A DNA stretch of 62,988 nucleotides, filler included, from Globobulimina sp. (Eukaryota), in NCBI GenBank assembly GCA_003354225.1. It is 18 parts of 18 records of this genome, joined end to end, with 100 filler letters (N's around TTAATTAATTAA, not from the genome) between each part and the next. Parts side by side here need not be neighbours in the genome. Positions count along the whole stretch, not along the records: positions 1 to 3,407 come from PIVH01002874.1; positions 3,508 to 6,914 come from PIVH01002875.1; positions 7,015 to 10,420 come from PIVH01002876.1; 15 more parts are not named here. The stretch is one strand, 5' to 3'. A program made the position numbers and the translations under genes. Positions 1 to 10,520 of this stretch are shown in pieces; position 1 is the stretch's first letter; the number at the start of each line of letters is the position of its first letter. A model generated the notes under the pieces. It ran no database searches. It saw only the letters and a program-made list of their open reading frames with translations, and had not been told where the DNA came from.

Positions 1-559
1 CTGATATTAATTGTAATAATATTAATACTTTTCGTTTTGTTGAAATATTATTTTTATCATTTTTATTATTATTATTATTGTTTGTTTGTGTAAGCAATAT
101 ATTTTGTATTATATCGGTCCAAATTACTTCTTCGTTTAATATGTGATGTTTATAAAAGTATGAAATCAGAGATTCTGTGATGACCATCAATAGCTTCCAT
201 CTGATTTTGTTACATTTGGATTGCTGCTCTTTATCACATTTACTCTCTTCGTTATTGTTATCATTGGATAACTTACGCGGTATATCCATTATTATTTGAT
301 GGTAATATTCAAATAATTTGATAATGAACGATGGAGTGGAATCGTCACAATTTTTATAACTATCATTGTTTTTAACAATGTCCTGAATCATTGATAAAAT
401 CTCTTTTGATAATTGTTCAATATGTGAATTTTTGCTAATATCAATGTTCAGTATTTTCACAATTTGTTGCGTCATTATTCCTTGTTTTATCTGAGTTGAT
501 TCCATGTGATCTGTTTCAAAATGCTTCAGTACTTCATCGATAAGTGCTGTCGACGCCAT
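1..559 (-). CDS. 5' part of a tandem paralog of the adjacent Cid1/TUTase-like gene (runs off window; absent from ORF track)
   Basis: Manual translation from ATG at 559 is open to base 1: MASTALIDEVLKHF...KLFEYYHQII...IRWKLLMVITESLISYFY...VIWTDIIQNILL...STKRK. This aligns with MSSLILINKLLKHF...KLFLKYYDII...IKWQIFCEIIEHLMCYLY...LIWTNIIKQLLL...QTKRK of the next gene. Confidence 0.8.
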   Translation of the reverse strand, partial: MASTALIDEVLKHFETDHMESTQIKQGIMTQQIVKILNIDISKNSHIEQLSKEILSMIQDIVKNNDSYKNCDDSTPSFIIKLFEYYHQIIMDIPRKLSNDNNNEESKCDKEQQSKCNKIRWKLLMVITESLISYFYKHHILNEEVIWTDIIQNILLTQTNNNNNNKNDKNNISTKRKVLILLQLIS

Positions 560-615
560 TTTATAAATACTACACAAAAGCAAGTAAAACTCACAGTTTC
601 ATTTTTAAATATCGA

Positions 616-2397
616 TCATGTCACTGGCTTGCATAAATCAGAAAACGTCCCATTGCAATATTTGAACAATATCTTTGCTCTTAAAAATTCTATTTTCATT
701 AAATTCGCGGTCGATTCTCTGATATTTTTCGAGCAACTGTACGACGTTTGAATTGGATCTTCGATCACAAATATCAACTTTTTGCCTTTCAACGCATACC
801 CGGTCAAATCGCTATATTTCCGATTTTTTTTCATAACTTTTTGTTTAAACAATGACACGGATTGATTTACAAAATCAAACTCATTATAAAACTCAAAAAA
901 TCCAATCAATAAATCAGCTAAACATAATTTCTTATTTTTATTTAATTTGTCACCAACCACTAATTCAACTTCATTGCATAAACTCGCACCAATATTTTTT
1001 ATTTTCCTTAACATTGGCAAAATCTTTTGAGATTGCAAATATTTAATGGTTAACAAGACAAATCCAAAAGAATTCAATAAATGGTTCTGTGCATCGTTTA
1101 ATTTCCTTTGTTCTGCCCAATATTTAATGGCAATGATTAACTGTCTTATCCTTAAATCATTGTTGTAATCACAGAACGCATTGATTAATTGCACAATTTT
1201 CGCGTTTTCATAACTTTTTCCAAAGGAAATATCCACAAAAATATTATTTCCCTCATCTTTTATTTTAATAATTGGCACAGTGCAGTTAAATATATTTGTC
1301 ACCGTCAATTTGAAGTTGTTTGTGGTGCCTAACTCGATGGATAATTGTTGAAATAACTCCCATTCGCCAGATACAGATAATGCTAAATGTTGCGGTGTGG
1401 TTAGATACAAATCAATATCACTTCCTTTGCCATCTAATTTTGTGGCGGAACTACCAAATAAATGTACATATGCGGCACCGTTAAATGTCGCAAAATTAGC
1501 ACGCGATTTGAATGATGGCAGCGTTGAAAATAATACCTTTTTCCATAAATGTCCAATATGTCCAATTAGCTCATCTTTACATTGTTTTTCCTTTCCATCC
1601 ACTCGAGTTTTATCATAATAATGTCCCACTTCTTGAGATAATAAAGTCAGTGCATCCGGATTATTGTTTGTGTTTTTTCTCTTTTTTCTCCTTTTTCTTT
1701 TTTTAAACTTTAAGAGTTGGAATACATTATTTATGTCTTGTAATGTATGCAAATCATTGTATTCTTTATGTTGTTTATAATTAATTGGCATAAAATTGAT
1801 AATAAACTGCGTCAATAATTTTTTACAATCAATGATTACTGATTTTTCATCATTGGCTTCGATTAATTTACGTCCAAAAGATATGATAATGCGCGATAAC
1901 GAAATACTTTTCCGCTTTGTTTGAATCTTTGGGCTTTTAAGCAATAATTGTTTGATAATGTTTGTCCATATTAACTCTGATTGAATTAAATCATTTTCAT
2001 ATAAATAACACATTAAATGTTCAATTATTTCACAAAATATCTGCCATTTAATATTATTGTCGTGTTTAATAATTAATGTTTTATATTGACAAGAAATGGA
2101 TTCGTTTTCCGTTGTACTCTTTGGATCTTCCATTCTTATGATTATGTCATAGTATTTCAGGAATAATTTATAAACGATATCATTCATACAATTAAAACTT
2201 GTCTTTGTTTCGTTATTGTAATCATCATCGTTGATTATATCGCGTATAATTTTAGATATTGTTGCTTGTATCTTGTCAATTTGGATGGTTTCATCGATCA
2301 CAATCCGCTGCAGAGACTTGATTCTTTCAATAATATGCGACTGTTCATTGTTATCAAAATGTTTTAACAGCTTATTGATAAGAATCAAAGACGACAT
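616..2397 (-). CDS. Cid1/TUT4/GLD-2-family non-canonical poly(A)/poly(U) polymerase with helical N-terminal extension
   Basis: Pol-beta motif LFGSS...SDIDL, VPIIK, FVDISF, IKYWA, LNSFGFVLL and PAP-associated LLIGFFEFY...IEDP. Start moved to ATG 2397 by alignment with the paralog. Confidence 0.88.
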   Translation of the reverse strand: MSSLILINKLLKHFDNNEQSHIIERIKSLQRIVIDETIQIDKIQATISKIIRDIINDDDYNNETKTSFNCMNDIVYKLFLKYYDIIIRMEDPKSTTENESISCQYKTLIIKHDNNIKWQIFCEIIEHLMCYLYENDLIQSELIWTNIIKQLLLKSPKIQTKRKSISLSRIIISFGRKLIEANDEKSVIIDCKKLLTQFIINFMPINYKQHKEYNDLHTLQDINNVFQLLKFKKRKRRKKRKNTNNNPDALTLLSQEVGHYYDKTRVDGKEKQCKDELIGHIGHLWKKVLFSTLPSFKSRANFATFNGAAYVHLFGSSATKLDGKGSDIDLYLTTPQHLALSVSGEWELFQQLSIELGTTNNFKLTVTNIFNCTVPIIKIKDEGNNIFVDISFGKSYENAKIVQLINAFCDYNNDLRIRQLIIAIKYWAEQRKLNDAQNHLLNSFGFVLLTIKYLQSQKILPMLRKIKNIGASLCNEVELVVGDKLNKNKKLCLADLLIGFFEFYNEFDFVNQSVSLFKQKVMKKNRKYSDLTGYALKGKKLIFVIEDPIQTSYSCSKNIRESTANLMKIEFLRAKILFKYCNGTFSDLCKPVT

Positions 2398-2544
2398 GTC
2401 GAAAGAGTAGGGTGCAGGTTTTTTTTTAGCTGTTCTAAAAACAAAGAACAAGTATGATAATTAAAAAACAAAGAACAAGTAATTATAAACATATATTACA
2501 TATTGAAAATACAAATGACCTGCAAACAAGTCATGAAAAATATT

Positions 2545-3390
2545 TTAATTTTGCCCTTGTTCACGATCAAAATATTCAGCATCAAACTGTTGATTTGTAT
2601 AATTTTGGTCAGTCCCAGATTTATCTTGAAATCTTTGTTTAATCCAATCGATGGCCGTGAAGACTAAAAATAAAATGACCAAAGGAAGCCATGCTAAGGG
2701 GATGAATACAAATGTTATTCCTGAACAAAATTCTAACAATGCATCAAAAGGTGATGCTAATTCCTTATCAATCGCTTCCTTTTGATTTGTAAATGGTTTA
2801 TAACATTCATTACAAAATAATGTATTTGTGGTAAGTTGCTTTAATACTGATTTATCTTCGGCATTTATTGCACTATGCTTCGATTCATACTCATCGATAT
2901 AGTTTGTCATCGTAATACCATTCACCGGGGCATGCTGTCGTGATTTAGTTGAAACTCGCAACTCAGCGAAACAAATTCGATGATGCACTCTTCCAATATT
3001 TTTCTTATCATTTTCTTGTTTACGACAACCACAATACAATTTACATAATTCTTTTCTTGCCATAAATTGAAAATGTTTTATAGGTTTGGTACCCTCTCTA
3101 AACACATAAATCAGAAAAACAATCCAAAAAAAAACCATTAATGCTGCTGTTATCATAGCAATGACAAAACCTGTTTCATCATTTACTGACATACCGATTA
3201 TTAATATTATCCATAATATAATGGTTACAAATATTGCCCAGCCATAATGCTGCCGGAGAAGAATGTTAAATGAATGATGGTTTAAATATGCATAAATATT
3301 CAATTTTGGATGAATTACTGAAAAAAAACAGTTAAAACACCAGACAGCAAAACAGAATGCAATAACAATTATATTAAAAGGTGGTGGCAT
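2545..3390 (-). CDS. Hypothetical multi-pass membrane protein
   Basis: 281-aa ORF with about 4 hydrophobic segments; may be 5'-truncated at the contig end. Confidence 0.55.
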   Translation of the reverse strand: MPPPFNIIVIAFCFAVWCFNCFFSVIHPKLNIYAYLNHHSFNILLRQHYGWAIFVTIILWIILIIGMSVNDETGFVIAMITAALMVFFWIVFLIYVFREGTKPIKHFQFMARKELCKLYCGCRKQENDKKNIGRVHHRICFAELRVSTKSRQHAPVNGITMTNYIDEYESKHSAINAEDKSVLKQLTTNTLFCNECYKPFTNQKEAIDKELASPFDALLEFCSGITFVFIPLAWLPLVILFLVFTAIDWIKQRFQDKSGTDQNYTNQQFDAEYFDREQGQN

Positions 3391-3407
3391 TAATCGTAAC
3401 CTCGTGG

Positions 3408-3507
3408 NNNNNNNNNNNNNNNNNNNNNNNNNNNNNNNNNNNNNNNNNNNNTTAATTAATTAANNNNNNNNNNNNNNNNNNNNNNNNNNNNNNNNNNNNN
3501 NNNNNNN
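3408..3507. other. Artificial contig spacer (first of 17)
   Basis: N44-TTAATTAATTAA-N44 (six-frame stop linker). Others start at 6915, 10421, 13927, 17433, 20939, 24444, 27949, 31454, 34959, 38464, 41968, 45472, 48976, 52480, 55983 and 59486. Confidence 0.99.
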
Positions 3508-4513
3508 TCTCCGACTCGCAGTCCTCCTCATCCTCCACTAAAATATCGAATTTCTCATTAATTCGATCCACTGCAATGGGCGCAACAGCGGGCACTTTCA
3601 CTTTAAGGCCAAGCTTCTCCTCTTTTTCGATGTAATCTAAGATGGCGAAGCAGGTCAACATTTTGCTGCGGTCGCCATCGCCGTCCGTACGGCTCTCCGC
3701 CTGCGCCGCTTGTGGTGGTGGGGGCGGCGTCAATGAGATGCTCAGAGTCTCAATGTTCTTATTATGCGAAGGGGCCGCGGGCGATGTGGTGTCTTCGACG
3801 TGGCCATGATGTGGGGAGTAGGCGTAGGGCGAAGGCGACAACGTAGCAGATTCAGACAGATATTCACATGAATCTGATATGATGTTAAGGCAGCTATTCT
3901 CATCGGGCGCGGGTGTAAGCGCAGCGGAGTCCGCTTTGCGTGGACAAATGGCAGACCAATGATGGATTTTGGGGTCTTCCACCACGTACAATTCCTCGTA
4001 TTGCCGCTGCAATCGCCGCATATATTCCTTTTGCAACCATGCCGGATACCGAGATAGTACTTGCTGTAATTGCAACTGCGAGTATTTGGCAAATTGCTGC
4101 AAATTTGCAGTCATATTGTTGTCGGAGAGGTTTTTGGTGCGATTCATGGCCGGTTTGGGCGGTATGGCGGTGTTGGAAGACAGCGTTTGTAGCACAATGC
4201 CGCTGTTGGCGTTGGCGACATTGCCGGCGTTTCGTGGCTGCGGATGGCTCACACAGCGATTGTTCATGCTTGGAACGGCAGTGCCGGTGGCCGGTCGTTG
4301 TCGTTGTTGCCGGTTGTAATAAGAGCGTAAGTTGGAGTGGCTGAGGCTGCGCGATTGGCCAAGCAATTGCGGGTTGGTAGCCGTGGCGGTGTTGTTGTTG
4401 TTGTAGTATTGCTGTAAACTATAACTGGAACGCGACTGACATGGCACATTTGTATTGTATTGGTTGTTACCCGTATTTTGAGTAAAATACTGATTCTGAT
4501 TTGAATAATTCAT
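3508..4513 (-). CDS. N/Q/P/S-rich low-complexity protein, 3'-partial
   Basis: ATG at 4513, open to contig end; GC is higher than flanks; no domain recognised. Confidence 0.6.
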
Positions 4514-5229
4514 GATTTGTGGTCTCTTTTTTTAAATAAATGTACCTGTTCAGTGTGGATTTGTGTGTTTTTTTTACATGTTTTTATGCATGATTTGGGG
4601 CATTTTATTTATAATGCAATATGACGTCAAAGTGGGCACAGTATTTGTAATACGAAGACGGTGAAATACAAAAGGGAAATAGGAGTCGGATACTTTGACT
4701 TTTTTTGTTTGTTAATTATGGACAAATTTTGTTGATTAATGGGATAACAGAATCAGAATATAGACAATGTCAACAGTCAACACTCTGGAAACAAACTACG
4801 AAGTGCAGTGACTCGATGAGAGCTACATACTTTGTGCGATTTCTGTGCTTATCCATGTTAGAGAGCAGATGGATGAATGGGCAGAGTGGATCGAGTTATT
4901 TTAAATATTTCGTTGTTCGGATTGTGATTAATGTGAATTCAGACAATGATATTAAATGTTTGTAATGGAAGGCCGTATGCGTTGATGATGTGGGTGAATT
5001 GGTTTGTTTTTTGTAATGTATGATACGTTGGTTTTCAATTAGACGATAGTTTGGGTCAAATAAATGCATTTCTTTTGAATCATACCTTGCTAAACAGAAG
5101 AATCGAATATGAAAGAGTTAGAAAGACGGTAAGATTGAAATGGACTAATAACAAAAAATATGCTGGGAAAATTGTTGGTAAAATGAAAACCACGCAAAAT
5201 CATCAACTTTGGTCCTCACACTAAGATAA

Positions 5230-6684
<1,455 letters not shown>

Positions 6685-7151
6685 GTATTGTAGGAGTATT
6701 TATTTTGTCTGATTTAATATTTTCAATTATTTTATATTTTTTCATCAGGTATAAATCCGATAAAATACGAATTGATAAATTAATCTAGTTTGCTAGATCC
6801 ATGCTTCTCAAAAACAGATGTTGCGTTTAGTCAACACTGCGGAGCAAAAGTTGACACATCGCGCGAAAGCTCTAACATGTATTCGGCACGCATGAGACAG
6901 CAACAGAATATACANNNNNNNNNNNNNNNNNNNNNNNNNNNNNNNNNNNNNNNNNNNNTTAATTAATTAANNNNNNNNNNNNNNNNNNNNNNNNNNNNNN
7001 NNNNNNNNNNNNNNCATTATCAAATAGTTTGTGATATATTTTGTTCTCAATCCCGTATGTTATGCAGCGAGTTTTCAGTCTTTTGTTTACTTCATACATT
7101 CGTACAAGTGTGTCGCCTCAGCAAGTAACGCTTAAAATATAGACATATCAA

Positions 7152-7382
7152 ATGACAACAGCTGACAAAAATGTGACTACAGAATTAATTATGAGATACG
7201 GAATCTCTCTATTTATTTCAATTATGAGTGGATCATTTTGGATTATATGGCCAAATATAGGAATAATTAGCAAAAAAAAACTGAAAACTCATCCATCTGT
7301 TCCCTCAAGACAATACCAAATAACATCAAAAGACATCTTTACAAATAAAGAGAACAAAAGCAATCACTCCCACAATTATTAA
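7152..7382 (+). CDS. Small ORF with one hydrophobic segment
   Basis: 76-aa ORF ending 26 nt before the aminotransferase ORF; no homology recognised. Confidence 0.25.
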   Translation: MTTADKNVTTELIMRYGISLFISIMSGSFWIIWPNIGIISKKKLKTHPSVPSRQYQITSKDIFTNKENKSNHSHNY

Positions 7383-7408
7383 ATTCAATCAATTATCTAC
7401 ACAATAAA

Positions 7409-9484
7409 ATGATAAACATTGCAAACAGTGACATGAATATGAGTATTTTAAGTGGCTTTATAATAATGATAATATTTGTTGAAATCATTCATATTATTTA
7501 TGACAAAATTACATTATTTATTTGCGGTAATAATAACAAAATAATATCAAATTTGAAGTCAAAATATTTATATCAAAAAATGCCACTATCATTTGAAAAA
7601 GCAATAAATTTGGATAATGTGTCATTAAATATAATTAAGAAAAGAATAAAATCATTAGAAACACTTTGTAGTAAATTAAAAAAATTTGATTATGGAAAAG
7701 CAAATGAAATCCATTCAACTGATCCAAAATTAAACATATCAGCTTCAATGTATACACCAAAACAATTTTCATCGATTTTGCGAAAATATAAATTTTTTGT
7801 GCCACATATGTTTACAAAATATGATGAAAATGAAGGTTGTAAATTGCATGATATAAATAATAATATTTTATTTGATTTAGACAGTGGATGTGCTGTTAAT
7901 ATTATTGGTAATAAGAAAATGAATGAATTAATTCATAATAAAGTAAATAAAAATATGTATTGTGCCGGTGTTGCCAGTGTAGCAACTAAAAATGCGATAA
8001 ATAATATATTAAAAATATATAAAAATAAAAATCATTCATTTGATTGTGTGTCATTTATGGAATCAGGCAGCACAGCTGTTGCGTCGGTAGTTAAACAGTG
8101 TCGATTTTATCATTACAATTCAGGCAATACTGGCAAACGAAATAAAATTATTTTTTTTAATAATGCGTATCATGGTTGGATTCATTACCCATATAATAAT
8201 GACTTTAATATTGATAAAAATTTAATTATTTTAAATACATTGTCTGACAATGCAATAAAATATATTATTAATAATCACAAAACAATTGCAGCAATATTTA
8301 TTGATGCAATGAATGTATTTGCAATAAATAAATCATATCCATTTGAAGGCAATGGTAAAAGAATTTCAACATATCCAATATTATTTGCACAACACATTAA
8401 ATGGATGAAGAAAATGAATGAGATTTGTAGTAAATATGAGATATTATTTGTATTGGATGAATGTTACTCTGGTTTTAGAATTGGACCATATGGCGCAACA
8501 ATAACTTATGGTTTAAAACCTGATATTATAATATTATCCAAACAAATTGGATGTGCATTTAATACATCTGTAATTGTTTCAAATAAAAATATTATGAAAC
8601 GAAATAAAAATAATCTGTCATTAAATGTATTTGTAACAGGCACAGGCACAACCAATCCAAATCATCATAATTTAGTGAATAAATTTGTTGAGTATACGTT
8701 AACACAAAAATATTTAAATATTCATAAAAAGAAAATGAATATGTTTCACAATTGGTGTAATGAAATTAATTTTCAATTTAGTGAGAATAATTTACCATTT
8801 AAATTATATAATTATTATAACGTATTTACTTTAAATATATTAATTGATTCACAATATTCATGGATATTTATTTGGAAATTAATAAGTCATAATTTAATAT
8901 TTAAATGGTGTGGCACGGCAAAATTCACATTATCATTTGATTATAATGAAAAACACTTAAATGAATTGACAAATATATTTATAAAATGTGCTAAAGAAAT
9001 GTTGACTGATGCATGGTTTTATCATCAAAATAATAATATGAAAAAATCAAAGTCAAATTCAAATGAAACAAATATTATTTTATACAATGCAAAAGTGTAT
9101 TTGAACATTTTTGTAAATATGATAAGAATACAAATGGGACACATGCAACAAATGCAAAAGAATGTCTGGTGTTCATTATTGCAAATTGTAATCACATATC
9201 CATTGTGGTTATCATCATACAAATTTGAATCAATGATATTATTTTTATTGTTTCAATTATTAAAAGAAAAAAAATATTTCTTATTATTTATTTTAATTAT
9301 TATAATAGCAATTGCTATTAATTATATTAGCATCAAAAAAATATTTGTTTATATTGCATTATTATTATTTATTCACAAAGCAACTCAAAAAGCACGGAAT
9401 TATGGTAAATTATATGAAATTGTATGGTGTCTCAAAATATTTATTCATCCATTTGTTGATTTATATTATTCTGTTTTTTATTAA
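7409..9484 (+). CDS. Class-III PLP aminotransferase (GSA-aminomutase-like) with N-terminal TM and C-terminal membrane domain
   Basis: FDLDSGCAVNIIG, FMESGSTAV, NAYHGW, FVLDECYSGFR, PDIIILSKQIG (PLP Lys) and GT loop; intronless. Confidence 0.82.
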   Translation: MINIANSDMNMSILSGFIIMIIFVEIIHIIYDKITLFICGNNNKIISNLKSKYLYQKMPLSFEKAINLDNVSLNIIKKRIKSLETLCSKLKKFDYGKANEIHSTDPKLNISASMYTPKQFSSILRKYKFFVPHMFTKYDENEGCKLHDINNNILFDLDSGCAVNIIGNKKMNELIHNKVNKNMYCAGVASVATKNAINNILKIYKNKNHSFDCVSFMESGSTAVASVVKQCRFYHYNSGNTGKRNKIIFFNNAYHGWIHYPYNNDFNIDKNLIILNTLSDNAIKYIINNHKTIAAIFIDAMNVFAINKSYPFEGNGKRISTYPILFAQHIKWMKKMNEICSKYEILFVLDECYSGFRIGPYGATITYGLKPDIIILSKQIGCAFNTSVIVSNKNIMKRNKNNLSLNVFVTGTGTTNPNHHNLVNKFVEYTLTQKYLNIHKKKMNMFHNWCNEINFQFSENNLPFKLYNYYNVFTLNILIDSQYSWIFIWKLISHNLIFKWCGTAKFTLSFDYNEKHLNELTNIFIKCAKEMLTDAWFYHQNNNMKKSKSNSNETNIILYNAKVYLNIFVNMIRIQMGHMQQMQKNVWCSLLQIVITYPLWLSSYKFESMILFLLFQLLKEKKYFLLFILIIIIAIAINYISIKKIFVYIALLLFIHKATQKARNYGKLYEIVWCLKIFIHPFVDLYYSVFY

Positions 9485-10070
9485 ATTAATTGACAATTAA
9501 TGTATGCATTAAATTCCATAAATTTTCTTTACACATTGGCGCCATGTTAAATATCATTTTTGATTTGTGCAATATGCGGTGTTGAATAAACATTTGTCAG
9601 TATTTCTTAATCTAACATCACACTTCTCTACCTAACATCAAACTTTAATTCTTTATAATTATAATCTATTGTCACATTATAATTGAGGATCTTCAAACTA
9701 AAATAAAAAAAAATAAAAAAAGTGTGCCAATGGTAAATATGCAGTAAATATAATCATATCACAATTATCTAAACAGATACACATATAATAAAACACAATA
9801 AAAATAAACAAACAAATAACAAAATACAATAACAAAAACTCCATTAATGACAGAGGCACGGGTGACTAATCTGTGTTAGTCTCAAAAATTATGCAACTGA
9901 CTTTACCCACTCAAAACGTGTGTAAAAGGATATCTCCAATGATTCATGAATGTCGTTGCATTGAATAATTGATAGATTGTTTGTGGCGTCAGACCCATAT
10001 AGTGACCAGTTTGACTTTTTGGCAAAATTATGAGGTCGTCGTCTACTACTACTAGTACACAATTGTCCAA

Positions 10071-10420
10071 GTTTTTGAGTGAACTCAAGTTTTTAGTCTG
10101 AACACTTTAACATTAAAAATCATCCGAAAATCTGAAAATCTCAAATTTTGAAATCCTAAAGGAATTTACTTAAGGGATATTGAGATCGAAAATTCCAGAA
10201 ATTTCTAGATTTTTCTAAAGGAATTCCTTAAAGATTTACTTAGGGGATATTGACATCCAAAATTCATTCGTTCAGTCGAAATTTGAAAATTCCAGAAATT
10301 TCTAGATTTTTCTAAAGGAATTCAAATGTTTTTGAGTCAACTTAAAGTTGTTTTAGTCTGAACACTTCGACATTAAAAATCATCTAAAATCTGAAAATCT
10401 CAATTTTTGAAATCCTAAAT
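10071..10420. repeat. Complex nested direct repeat (about 258-nt period) at contig end
   Basis: About 90-nt block TTTTTGAGT..TTTTAGTCTGAACACTT..GAAATCCTAAA at ~10072 and ~10329; GAAAATTCCAGAAATTTCTAGATTTTTCTAAAGGAATT at ~10188 and ~10285; ATTTACTTA.GGGATATTGA at ~10164 and ~10233. Confidence 0.85.
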
Positions 10421-10520
10421 NNNNNNNNNNNNNNNNNNNNNNNNNNNNNNNNNNNNNNNNNNNNTTAATTAATTAANNNNNNNNNNNNNNNNNNNNNNNN
10501 NNNNNNNNNNNNNNNNNNNN

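Noticed and set aside
3452-3463. TTAATTAATTAA recurring every ~3.5 kb as a biological periodic repeat or telomere-like end
   Set aside because: It is always centred in identical N pads and the contigs are sorted by length; it is a concatenation linker.
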